From positions 1 to 60,486 of IMG/VR virus record IMGVR_UViG_3300037846_000086: 60,486 nucleotides of DNA; one strand, 5' to 3'. The position numbers and the translations under genes are program-made. The notes below the pieces were generated by a model that saw nothing but the letters and a program-made list of their open reading frames with translations, was not told the origin of the DNA and made no database searches. This stretch comes from a virus. Taxonomy: Duplodnaviria; Caudoviricetes. Shown one piece after another: positions 47,069-55,772 of this stretch; the stretch's first letter is position 1; each line of letters begins with the position of its first letter.

Positions 47069-47452
47069 ATGCAATGGCTGGCCGCTACGGATGAAGAACA
47101 ATTGGCGCTATTGCCTTTTTTTTCGAGATCGCGGCGACGTGTAAATCAGCTTCCTGATAAAGTGCTCGTGATGAGGTCGCTAAATGGAATTATTGTGCGA
47201 TCGGCGATGCAATACATCGAGCCACATAAGTGGGAACTGTGGGGAATTCAACGGCATCCAGAAGATGGACTTCCAAGAGAGATCATCGAGTCATGGTCTA
47301 CCGTTCTCGAATGGATTCGTCCGCTGATAGGTGACCGTGCGGCCATTGAAGTCTACCCACGGGATTGCCAAATAATTAACACAGCACCGATTCGCTGGTT
47401 CTGGGTTATTCCAGGCGAGTCACTGCCTTCGCATTTCGATCTCCATCTTTAG
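47069..47452 (+). CDS. hypothetical protein (lower GC)
   Basis: Fills the gap; RBS GAGG. Confidence 0.55.
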   Translation: MQWLAATDEEQLALLPFFSRSRRRVNQLPDKVLVMRSLNGIIVRSAMQYIEPHKWELWGIQRHPEDGLPREIIESWSTVLEWIRPLIGDRAAIEVYPRDCQIINTAPIRWFWVIPGESLPSHFDLHL

Positions 47453-47457
47453 GTTTC

Positions 47458-48150
47458 ATGGCGATGCCGAAAACGACCAAGGACATCCTGACTCGCGAGC
47501 ACCTGAAGGCGGCTCACTTCCTGGCTTATAGCTGGGTGCTGGAGCGGCTCGCGGACCGACTACTGAAGAATCATTCACTCGTCATCGGCGAAGACGGCAC
47601 GTTGAAGCCGGAAGCCCTCGACTTCGGCTGTCGCCATTCGTGGCTGCCGGCGCTGATGGTGCTTGCCGGCTGGCGGGTTATCGGTTTCGATCGTGACGAG
47701 ACATCCCACGACGCGCAGCGCAGTCATGCCGACGAGATCGGCGAATTCAAAAATAAAATCACAACGCTGTCCTCAGATAAAGTCGAAGCGTTGTTAGATA
47801 TTGGAGTTCGGCGAGAGTTCGACGCCGTAACGGCCGTGTTTGCGATTCAGCACAATGAAGTCGAAGCGCAGAAGGCCATCGTTCGATGGCTGGCGGAAAT
47901 TTTACGGCCCGGTGGCTCACTGCTCGTCGTGTCCAGCTACACGGCCGGCGAGACCTTCCACCAAACGAATCGCGACGATCCGCAGTGGGTGCTGAGCATG
48001 GATGGCCATCAAGACTTGATCGACGCCAGCCGCCTTGAACTGGAATTTCCGATACGTTTCATGCGCTACGATCACGGGACGATAAATGGAAACTTTTGCG
48101 GCGAGCGAGACGCTTGCGCTATCTGCTACGAGCTGAGGAAACCCGTATGA
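47458..48150 (+). CDS. class I SAM-dependent methyltransferase
   Basis: LDFGC, VIGFD, FDAV...AIQH, LRPGG. Confidence 0.8.
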   Translation: MAMPKTTKDILTREHLKAAHFLAYSWVLERLADRLLKNHSLVIGEDGTLKPEALDFGCRHSWLPALMVLAGWRVIGFDRDETSHDAQRSHADEIGEFKNKITTLSSDKVEALLDIGVRREFDAVTAVFAIQHNEVEAQKAIVRWLAEILRPGGSLLVVSSYTAGETFHQTNRDDPQWVLSMDGHQDLIDASRLELEFPIRFMRYDHGTINGNFCGERDACAICYELRKPV

Positions 48151-48701
48151 ACCTCCGGCCGATCTATGGCGGCAACAGCGATCCGGCCGCGCCGTTGCTG
48201 CTCGTGTTGCACGGCGAAGCCATGACCGGCGCCGGGATGCAGAAGTGGTCGGGGCTCGACGCCGTGGCCTCGGCGCTCGGCTGGCGAGCGTGCTACCCGC
48301 AAGCCCCGTTCCGAACGTGGCGATATAAGCGGTGGCAGGAAGAGCAAGCGGCCCTCAATGCCCTCGGTCGAGTTGGCGCCTGGGTCGGATTCAGCGAGGG
48401 GGCATATTTTGTGAATGCCGCTGGCGGAGACGTGCGCGTCAGCTATGCCGGCACGACGCATCCGACTGACCAACTCCAGCCGTCGGGCCGCGTGCTGCTG
48501 ATCGGAGGGGCCAAGGATCAGCTCGTCACGCCGTCGATGGTGGACGCGGCGGCTACGGCTTACACGGCCGCCGGCTGGCTCGTGGCGCGGCTGACGGCCG
48601 GGCAGGGCGATCCTCCGGCTGGCTGGCCGCTGTTCCTGTCCAAACGTGGCCACTTTTACGATACTGCGGCCAACGCGACCATCCAGGCGTTCCTGGAGTA
48701 G
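48147..48701 (+). CDS. alpha/beta hydrolase (esterase)
   Basis: LVLHG, GFSEG nucleophile elbow, G.KD.LV, GH. Confidence 0.75.
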   Translation: MNLRPIYGGNSDPAAPLLLVLHGEAMTGAGMQKWSGLDAVASALGWRACYPQAPFRTWRYKRWQEEQAALNALGRVGAWVGFSEGAYFVNAAGGDVRVSYAGTTHPTDQLQPSGRVLLIGGAKDQLVTPSMVDAAATAYTAAGWLVARLTAGQGDPPAGWPLFLSKRGHFYDTAANATIQAFLE

Positions 48702-48714
48702 AAAGGGGGTAGTC

Positions 48715-49779
48715 GTGCGAATCGTTTCCGTGTGCCGTACGTTTCCAACTCAGAGGCGCGGCGGAATGCCGTTTGTTTGTGCCGACCGCGCCGAAGGATT
48801 GGCCAAGCTCGGGCATGAGGTCCATGTGCTGACGACCGGGCCGACGGCCGGACACGAGCCAATCGAAGAACTCAACGGCGTCCAGGTCCACCACCTGCCT
48901 TGCGAGCCGATGGTCTACTCGCAGAAGTTTTCCGAGCTGCTGCGCGAAGCGTGCAAGGCTCTGCGGCCGGCCATCCTGCATCTTGACAGCATCGACCCGG
49001 CGCCTGGCCAGAATCCGCCCTGGTGGCACGACCGGCCCGGCGGGGCCAAGGCAACGGCCGTGACAATCCACGGCGCTAGCTGGGGCGGCTTCCTGACGAC
49101 TTGGAATCAGCGGCGGTTGGGGCTGTTGGGTTCCTGCGCGGACTACAATGAGCAGAAGTTCCTGCGCGAGGCGTCCATTCTGTCTTTTGCCGACCGCGTG
49201 CTGACGATGAACCTGCACGAGCAACGGCTGATGGAGGATCACTACGGCCTATATGGCAAGGTCCGGCTGGTGCGCAATCCGATCCCCGATTACTTCTTCA
49301 CCGAACCGCTCCAGCCGTTGCCCGCGAAGCCGACCATGCTGTTCACGGCCGTCTCGGGCCAGGGACCGCGGCGGCTGGAGTCCGCCAGAGCGGCCGCCAA
49401 GGCTGCCGGCGTCGATCTACTGGAAGTCAGCGGCATTCCGCGCAGTGACATGCCCTACGCCTATGACGCAGCCACGGCGCTCGTGCTGCCGACGACGTAC
49501 GCGCAAGGGTACGACATGACGATCTATGAGGCCCTGGTCCGCGGCCGGGGCGTGATTATCAGCGCAACGGGAGCCTACCTATTCGAGACCAGGCACGGCG
49601 AATTGAGCGATTGCCCTGGCGTGCGCCTCGTGCGGCTCGGCGACCATGACGAGTTGGTTGAGGCCATGCGGAACCCGCCGAAGATGACTGATGCTGGCGC
49701 GGCCGACGCTCGCTGGGCGATGAATGAGCATCGGGTAGGAAAGCACGTCGATAACTGGCTAGAGGCCGTGATCGGATGA
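48715..49779 (+). CDS. glycosyltransferase family 4
   Basis: GGM...LAKLGHEVHVLT, NPI, VLPT...GYDMTIYEAL..G..VI. Confidence 0.85.
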   Translation: MRIVSVCRTFPTQRRGGMPFVCADRAEGLAKLGHEVHVLTTGPTAGHEPIEELNGVQVHHLPCEPMVYSQKFSELLREACKALRPAILHLDSIDPAPGQNPPWWHDRPGGAKATAVTIHGASWGGFLTTWNQRRLGLLGSCADYNEQKFLREASILSFADRVLTMNLHEQRLMEDHYGLYGKVRLVRNPIPDYFFTEPLQPLPAKPTMLFTAVSGQGPRRLESARAAAKAAGVDLLEVSGIPRSDMPYAYDAATALVLPTTYAQGYDMTIYEALVRGRGVIISATGAYLFETRHGELSDCPGVRLVRLGDHDELVEAMRNPPKMTDAGAADARWAMNEHRVGKHVDNWLEAVIG

Positions 49780-50462
49780 AGAAACTGAATGATGACGCCT
49801 TGCTTGTCCTCACGAAAAACGCGCTACCAAACTTGTGGTGTGCGCCGCTCGATCCCGACTGGCGTTCGCTCGACTTCGATCCCCATGGATGGTTCAGCGA
49901 AGACAACGAACGGACGCTGACCAAGCTGCTGGCCGAGGGGAAGATCGGGCGGGCGATTGAAATCGGGAGCTGGATCGGCAAGAGCACGCGGTTCCTGGCC
50001 GAGCACTGCCGCGAGCTGGTCATTGCGATCGACACCTGGAAAGGTTCGCGTGAGCACCACCGCGCAGGCCGCGACGACATTAAGCATCTGCTCGGCAAGC
50101 TGCTGCCGCAATTCCTGGCGAACTGCCAGGGCTTCGAAAATATCTGTCCGATCCGGTCGACGTCGTCGGCGGCCGCCAGCCTGAAGCTGCCGAAGGTTGG
50201 ACTCATCTACATTGACGGCGACCACTCCTACGAAAGCGTCTGGCACGACGTCTATGACTATTTCGAGTTTGTCGAGCCGGGCGGCATCATCTGCGGCGAC
50301 GACTGGCTGCTGTCCAGCGTCCGCGACGCCGTGCGCGACGTGGCCGATAACTGCGCGTGTCACGTCGAGATGGAAGGAAACTTCTGGTGGCTGGAGCAAG
50401 GCGACCCGGATGACTTCCGGCGCGAATTGAAGGCTAGTAAACTGGAGCCAGTTCCGGCCTGA
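49776..50462 (+). CDS. class I SAM methyltransferase (Methyltransf_24-like)
   Basis: IEIGSWIGKST, IDTWKGS, IYIDGDHSYESV..D, GGIICGDD. Confidence 0.88.
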   Translation: MKKLNDDALLVLTKNALPNLWCAPLDPDWRSLDFDPHGWFSEDNERTLTKLLAEGKIGRAIEIGSWIGKSTRFLAEHCRELVIAIDTWKGSREHHRAGRDDIKHLLGKLLPQFLANCQGFENICPIRSTSSAAASLKLPKVGLIYIDGDHSYESVWHDVYDYFEFVEPGGIICGDDWLLSSVRDAVRDVADNCACHVEMEGNFWWLEQGDPDDFRRELKASKLEPVPA

Positions 50463-50464
50463 TT

Positions 50465-51283
50465 ATGAAAACCGTCGGCGTCACAATTTGTTTGAACGAA
50501 ATCGAGTACCTGGAACTCAACGTGCGCCAGCACTACGATTTCGTGGATCGCTGGATTATCGTTGAAGGCGCCGACGTACTCTATCCGCGCGAGCGCGTGA
50601 CCGGCGACGGTCTTTCGACGGATGGCACGAGCGAGCTGCTGATGCGGCTGGTGGCTAAGCTGCCGAAGCTGGAATATGTGCCCTACGGCTGGGCGGTCAA
50701 TAAGTGCGAGCTGCGGAACGTCTATGCAGCCAGGATCATGGATCAATCGGCCGTTATTGTTTTCGATGCCGACGAATTTCTGACGCACGAATCCCTTCGG
50801 ATGTTGAAGTGCGGCTTGAACGAGCCAGGTGTGAGGCCGGGGGCCATTCGGCTGCCGCATGTCCACTTTTGGAAACAGCCGGACCAGATCATCGTGGGCG
50901 GATACTACGACGTGCCGCACGACCGGGCCTACGTATGGCCGGCGATGTCACGCTACCTCGACAACCACAACCATCCTTGCTGGCTGGCGTCCGGCGGCTG
51001 GCGGCAGATCAACGATAGCAGCCTGAAGTTTGAGCGAGCCCTTGAGTGCCGAGAGGGCAGCTACAGCCACGATCTGCCGGCATGGCTACATTTTGGGTTC
51101 GCAAAGCGTCCGGAAAATATCGCCGACAAAAACGCCTACTACCTCGCCCGCGGCGAAGCGTCCACGCGGCCCGGCACGACGCGAGATCGTGCGGCCTGGT
51201 TCGCCGAGCAAGTGCCCGACGGTTGCAAGGTGCTGCCGTGGGGCGGGAAGCTTCCGGAGATTATGCGATGCGCGTCGGACTGA
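50465..51283 (+). CDS. glycosyltransferase family 2-like
   Basis: LNE...FVDRWIIVEG...STDGT...RN...FDADEF...LHFG. Confidence 0.8.
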   Translation: MKTVGVTICLNEIEYLELNVRQHYDFVDRWIIVEGADVLYPRERVTGDGLSTDGTSELLMRLVAKLPKLEYVPYGWAVNKCELRNVYAARIMDQSAVIVFDADEFLTHESLRMLKCGLNEPGVRPGAIRLPHVHFWKQPDQIIVGGYYDVPHDRAYVWPAMSRYLDNHNHPCWLASGGWRQINDSSLKFERALECREGSYSHDLPAWLHFGFAKRPENIADKNAYYLARGEASTRPGTTRDRAAWFAEQVPDGCKVLPWGGKLPEIMRCASD

Positions 51284-52326
51284 TCGGCTGGTGTTGCCGT
51301 ACAGGACTCGGCAACCAGAATTGTGACCTGTTCCGTACCGGCCGCTTCGATCGCTGGCTCATTCCGCGGCATCCGATCCTCGGCGTCGATAAGTCGATGT
51401 TGCTGCCAGGCGACAACGTCAGCTTTTGTGACGTGAAGTATGCCGGTGAGCAAGTTGAAGGATTCTTGCCCGGCCTGGATGCACTCACATTCGTCGAACG
51501 GCCGTACCTGTCCGCGTCCGCTTCGCTGCTTTCGCGGTGCCTGCGATTAGGCATCAAGACTTGCTGCGTTCCCAACATGGAATGGTTGCCAAAGCCGACC
51601 GATGAAGGCCAGGAATGGGTCCGCTTGGTCGATGCTATGTTCGCGCCGACACGCTGGACGCTGCGCAAGCTGCAAGAGATGGCGGCTCGATACGGAGACC
51701 GCTTGGCGTGGTCCAGAAAAATCGTCGGCGGCCGCTGGGGCGTGGACCTCGGCCAGTTTTCTTACGAGAACCGACCCGTCTGCCGCCGGTTCGTTTTCGC
51801 CAACGGCTGGGGAGGAGTTCAGGGCCGCAAGGGAGCCGAAGCCGTCTATCACGCCGCCAGCCGCGTCCCCGAGGCCATCGTGAAGTTCTTTTCGCAGACC
51901 GGCCGCGTGCCGCCGCTGTACCACAAGCCGCCGAACGTGCAATTGATGATCGTCAACTTCGACTATCGATCTTGCCTCTATCAGTCCGAGGCCGGCGACG
52001 TGCTGTTGGCCCCAAGTAAATGGGAAGGGCTCGGGCTGCCGCTCTATGAGGCTCAGGCGTGCGGCATGCCGGTTATCACGACGGACGGCGAGCCGATGAA
52101 TGAAGCCGGGCCGGAGGCGTTGCTCATTCGCGCCAAGCCGGCAGCGTTCGAAGTCGATGGCCATCATGTCAACGCCTACGACGTGGACGCTGAACACCTG
52201 GCCGAACTCATGCGCGGATTGCTTGGCCAGCCCATCGGCGAGCGGAGCCATGCCGCGGCTTGGCACGTCGAACAGCACCACAACCTGGCCGATGTCGCCG
52301 AAGAGTTGTTAGCGGCCTTGCGTTGA
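51268..52326 (+). CDS. glycosyltransferase family 4
   Basis: WGVD, RKG, PSKWEGLGLPLYEAQACGMPVITTD. Confidence 0.88.
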   Translation: MRVGLIGWCCRTGLGNQNCDLFRTGRFDRWLIPRHPILGVDKSMLLPGDNVSFCDVKYAGEQVEGFLPGLDALTFVERPYLSASASLLSRCLRLGIKTCCVPNMEWLPKPTDEGQEWVRLVDAMFAPTRWTLRKLQEMAARYGDRLAWSRKIVGGRWGVDLGQFSYENRPVCRRFVFANGWGGVQGRKGAEAVYHAASRVPEAIVKFFSQTGRVPPLYHKPPNVQLMIVNFDYRSCLYQSEAGDVLLAPSKWEGLGLPLYEAQACGMPVITTDGEPMNEAGPEALLIRAKPAAFEVDGHHVNAYDVDAEHLAELMRGLLGQPIGERSHAAAWHVEQHHNLADVAEELLAALR

Positions 52327-52351
52327 CAGCCACTAACTATCGCCGTAATAT
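52323..52351 (+). promoter_or_regulatory. sigma70-like promoter with degenerate operator TATCG-CCG-TAATA (52338-52350)
   Basis: TTGACA-17nt-TAATAT. Confidence 0.6.
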
Positions 52352-52357
52352 ATCACC

Positions 52358-52404
52358 AGCCGCCCCGGCAAACTTCCCTCGCTCGGCCGGGGCGGCTTTT
52401 CTTT
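52358..52404 (+). terminator. rho-independent terminator
   Basis: 12-bp stem AGCCGCCCCGGC/GCCGGGGCGGCT followed by TTTCTTT. Confidence 0.8.
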
Positions 52405-52420
52405 GTAGGATGCTGCCGCG

Positions 52421-53134
52421 ATGGATCGTAATACGGCCGAACGGAACGGCAAATTCCCGAACAGCGAAGAGCGGCTACTGACGCAATTGCTCGTGCATGC
52501 CGAGCGTGGCGAGTGGTTGCAGATTCGCGACCTGTTGCGCCGCCGCGAAGTGCGGCTGCTCGTCAACGTTGCCATCCTCGCCAGTACGGACGAGTGGGAG
52601 CGGATGCACCACCTGCTGCGGCTGCATGAGCGGGCACTGATCGTCAAATACGAGGGGCCGGATCGGCTGGCCGTGGCGCAGCTCGGCTTGAGCCAGCGCA
52701 CAGTCAACGCCTTGGAGGAAGTCGAGATTCTGACGGCCGCTGATCTGATCCGCTTTTCTCCGTGGCAGCTCCGCGGCAAGGTCGAACTTTGTGGCGATGC
52801 GACAATAGCGGAGATCGTCGATGCGCTGGCGGCATTCGATCTACGACTGGCTGGCGAGCCACAAGGCTCACTGCCTGATGATTCGCTCATTGCGCAGCCG
52901 GTCGCACAGGGGCGCCGGAAGTCGGTCGTAAAGCACGGAGAAAGGCGAGCCGTACTAATGGACCTGATCGCTACCGGCCGACGCTTGCGGCGGAGCGAAA
53001 TGGCCGACGCAGCTCGCATCAGCGACAAGCACGTGGACGTCTACATTCAGGGCTTTATGACGGCCGGACTATTGGAGCGCGTTGGGCATGGCGCCTACCA
53101 GAAGCCGGCAGCCGTCGGCAACGGCTCGTCGTAA
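52421..53134 (+). CDS. RNA polymerase alpha-CTD-like domain plus C-terminal winged HTH
   Basis: LGLSQRTVNALEEVEILTAADL...CGDATIAEIVDAL resembles alpha-CTD LELSVRS.NCL...I....DL...GKKSL.EI. Confidence 0.75.
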   Translation: MDRNTAERNGKFPNSEERLLTQLLVHAERGEWLQIRDLLRRREVRLLVNVAILASTDEWERMHHLLRLHERALIVKYEGPDRLAVAQLGLSQRTVNALEEVEILTAADLIRFSPWQLRGKVELCGDATIAEIVDALAAFDLRLAGEPQGSLPDDSLIAQPVAQGRRKSVVKHGERRAVLMDLIATGRRLRRSEMADAARISDKHVDVYIQGFMTAGLLERVGHGAYQKPAAVGNGSS

Positions 53135-53187
53135 AGTCAACAGCCGCAAGCGGTAGAAAAAAGTTCGGAAATCTTTCGATTTTGCTC

Positions 53188-53216
53188 TTGCGTCCGATCT
53201 ATCGCGGCGATATACT
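53188..53216 (+). promoter_or_regulatory. sigma70 promoter with perfect operator TATCG-CGG-CGATA (53200-53212)
   Basis: TTGCGT-17nt-TATACT. Confidence 0.75.
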
Positions 53217-53263
53217 GCAAGGGTTGACGCGGACACGAGACAAACGAAACAAGGAGCCGAACG

Positions 53264-53578
53264 ATGAGCCTGGAAACGATGACCGAAGAAACGAGACTGG
53301 CCCTGCAAGCGTGTGCCGAGAAGGACGGCATCAGCCCCGAGCTATTCCTGGCGGCCCTCAAGATCGAAAGCAACGGCCCGACGCGGGTGGTAACAAAAGT
53401 CAGCGGCGGACACGTGGCCTATGCTTGCCCGCCGAGCCAAGCCGCTGAGAAGGGGATCGTGCCGGACTTCTTCCTGATCCGCAACGACGGCTGGAGCCTC
53501 GGCTACCGAGCCAAGGATCGCAAGGCCGCTCTCAAGCTGTGGGACGGCGAGTGGGTCTACGAAGGGAAGTTCACCTAA
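53264..53578 (+). CDS. hypothetical early protein
   Basis: RBS AAGGAG. Confidence 0.65.
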   Translation: MSLETMTEETRLALQACAEKDGISPELFLAALKIESNGPTRVVTKVSGGHVAYACPPSQAAEKGIVPDFFLIRNDGWSLGYRAKDRKAALKLWDGEWVYEGKFT

Positions 53579-53649
53579 CAAGGCCGCTGACGGCCGCCGG
53601 CAATCGTGCCGGCGGATTTTCGAAACTCTCAACCACAAGGAATCAAGCT

Positions 53650-53871
53650 GTGACGACCACAAAGAACTTCGCCGCCACCAACCGAATCGACAGCCTGTTG
53701 AGCGTCGGCATCTGCCCGACAGTAACGGACGCCAGCAAGACGCTCTACACGCTCAACGCCTGGGGCCTGGGAAACGTCAGCTTGACGGTTCGCGGCCACG
53801 ACGTTGATTTCAAGATGGACCGGGAAGAATTCGATGCTCGCTTGGCCGATGGCCGGATCATCGTGCTGTAA
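53650..53871 (+). CDS. hypothetical early protein
   Basis: RBS AAGGA and GTG. Confidence 0.55.
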   Translation: MTTTKNFAATNRIDSLLSVGICPTVTDASKTLYTLNAWGLGNVSLTVRGHDVDFKMDREEFDARLADGRIIVL

Positions 53872-53946
53872 CGATCTTTCGCGGAGCCCTTACGGGGGCC
53901 GAGCCGATCGACCGTTACTTGCCCCTCAACTGCAAAGGATCGAACC

Positions 53947-54273
53947 ATGTCGAAGCACAACGGAAAACACCTCATCCAAGCCCCGGCCCTCGTCGCCTGG
54001 TCCGAGCTGAGTCCAGCCGCCAGGACGGCACTGGCCGCCCTCCCTTCGCCGCCTTCGTTGGACGTCGTCGCCAGCGGCGCCAAGGTCTTTAAGGCCGACG
54101 GCTCGGGCTGGTGGAATCAACCGGCCGCCAGCGTGAAGGACGTCGTGGTCGAGCGCATCGAGCTGCACCGTAATCGCATCAACCAGCAGCTTGACGCCGC
54201 GGTGGCCGTGGCGCAGAGGCTCGACGGCTTTTCGCCGGCCGAGCGGCAACACATCCTGGAGATGGCCAACTGA
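53947..54273 (+). CDS. hypothetical early protein
   Basis: RBS AAAGGA. Confidence 0.6.
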   Translation: MSKHNGKHLIQAPALVAWSELSPAARTALAALPSPPSLDVVASGAKVFKADGSGWWNQPAASVKDVVVERIELHRNRINQQLDAAVAVAQRLDGFSPAERQHILEMAN

Positions 54274-54506
54274 TGAGACCAAACCCCGATAACTTGTCAT
54301 CCGGAGACGTCGTGCAGCTCTCGCCGGAATGCAGTAGCACACTTTTCGCCGGCTGCATGATGACCATCACGGAAGTGAAGCACTGGGGAGCACAAGGGTA
54401 TATCCAGTGCCCCGGCCGAGACGGCAAGCCCGGCGGCGCGGCTTACTACCGTGCGCAATGGGAAGAGATGGAACTTGTAGGCAAGGCTGTCTGGATGACC
54501 GGCTGA
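54273..54506 (+). CDS. small SH3-like hypothetical protein
   Basis: TGATG coupling; GDVVQLSP...FAGC...V..WGAQGY. Confidence 0.65.
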   Translation: MRPNPDNLSSGDVVQLSPECSSTLFAGCMMTITEVKHWGAQGYIQCPGRDGKPGGAAYYRAQWEEMELVGKAVWMTG

Positions 54507-54551
54507 CGAGTCCGCGGCGGCGGACGAAACGGCCGGCAGGGGCCGTACCGG
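54499..54551 (+). ncRNA. hammerhead ribozyme, type I
   Basis: CCGG-CTGACGA-GTCCGC(GGCG)GCGGAC-GAAA-CGGCC(GGCAGG)GGCCG-TA-CCGG: complete core with three stems. Confidence 0.88.
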
Positions 54552-54619
54552 ATGCGAACGAAGGATGCTAAAATCAGCGAAGCCGGAATACCCTCATCAC
54601 CCTGCACGGAGCCGCAGCG

Positions 54620-54844
54620 ATGTCCGAGACGCTTCGCGAACTAAACACCCGCTTCACCTTCAAGCCGCACGACAAGCTGCTACTCGACGGTGTGCGGCTC
54701 GTCGAGGCTATTTCCTATCCTGTACCCGGTGCCGTCCCGACGCTGGTGGTCCGGCTGACTCCTGGCGATCCGACAACGCTGGCCGAAGTGCCGGCGCACC
54801 GGCTGGCTCACTTGCCGGCGAGGAGGCCGGCTAAGACGGCCTAA
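54620..54844 (+). CDS. hypothetical protein
   Basis: RBS GGAG and ATG. Confidence 0.55.
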   Translation: MSETLRELNTRFTFKPHDKLLLDGVRLVEAISYPVPGAVPTLVVRLTPGDPTTLAEVPAHRLAHLPARRPAKTA

Positions 54845-54851
54845 TTTGTAG

Positions 54852-54880
54852 TTGCATTCCGCATATCGTCGCGATATACT
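54852..54880 (+). promoter_or_regulatory. sigma70 promoter with perfect operator TATCG-TCG-CGATA (54864-54876)
   Basis: TTGCAT-17nt-TATACT; ATG 9 nt downstream. Confidence 0.75.
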
Positions 54881-54889
54881 GGCCACGTT

Positions 54890-55360
54890 ATGAACGCCAC
54901 CCTCAGCCGCTCCGCAACGATCGCACTCTTGGCCCTACTGAACGGCCCGCGTGCCAGGGAACTGTATGCCAGGTGGCGAGCCGACGATTTGAGCGAAGAC
55001 GAATGGGACGAGGCGGAGCGGATCGCTGAAGCGGTGCGCGCCGATGACGCCAGTGGGCGCCGACCGGAGTCGGCAGGAGCGATGCCAAGCTACTCGGAGC
55101 TGATGGACGAGTCGCCTGCTCAGCCGGCCGCCGAGCCCGCCAGACGTCCCGCCGAACCAACTCCACGACAGAGCCGCACCTTCCGTACGGCCAAGGGCGT
55201 GCTCGTCGAAACGACACTCACGAACGAAGAGGCACTGGCCATCTGCGCCAAGGGGCGGCAGGACTTCGGCCGCTCGCTGGCGGCGCGACATCATCAGTAC
55301 GGCCGGCTGAGCAACGATCAATGGGCGTGGGTTCACAAGCTGGCCCTGGAAGCTAAATAA
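54890..55360 (+). CDS. hypothetical protein
   Basis: Near-leaderless start; C-terminal F.RSLA......GRLS..QWAW. Confidence 0.65.
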   Translation: MNATLSRSATIALLALLNGPRARELYARWRADDLSEDEWDEAERIAEAVRADDASGRRPESAGAMPSYSELMDESPAQPAAEPARRPAEPTPRQSRTFRTAKGVLVETTLTNEEALAICAKGRQDFGRSLAARHHQYGRLSNDQWAWVHKLALEAK

Positions 55361-55388
55361 GTTCCGTTCCTTGAAAGCGAGGTAAGCT

Positions 55389-55769
55389 ATGGCGACTATC
55401 TATCGGGGCTGCCGCGTCGGCGACATGGCAGTCATAACGGTCAACGGCGAATCGCTGCCGCCACGGACTGACCTTCGCGACATCTCACCAAGCGGCTTCG
55501 CCTGGGGGCACTCCGGAGGCGGAGCTGCTCAACTCGCCCTGGCGATCTTGGCTCACTACTTCCCGGCATGCGCCGGCATAGAGTCGCCGATTAGCGACGA
55601 ACTGGCGACCGGACTCTACACGCGATACAAGCGGGACGTGATTGCCACACTGCCGGGCAATACGTTCGAGATCAGCAGCGACGCCGTGGCCGCTTGGCTG
55701 GCGGCAAACGACCCTTACGTGCAGGCCGTGCTAGCAGAATACGAAAGCCGGGCCGAGTCGCCGTACTAA
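55389..55769 (+). CDS. DUF6166-like protein
   Basis: SPSGFAWGHSGGGAAQLALAILAH motif. Confidence 0.65.
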   Translation: MATIYRGCRVGDMAVITVNGESLPPRTDLRDISPSGFAWGHSGGGAAQLALAILAHYFPACAGIESPISDELATGLYTRYKRDVIATLPGNTFEISSDAVAAWLAANDPYVQAVLAEYESRAESPY

Positions 55770-55772
55770 CCA

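Noticed and set aside
53588-53630. CTGACGG...hairpin...CGAAAC as a second hammerhead
   Set aside because: The core is CTGACGG rather than CTGANGA, extra bases precede GAAA, and there is no stem III/UH
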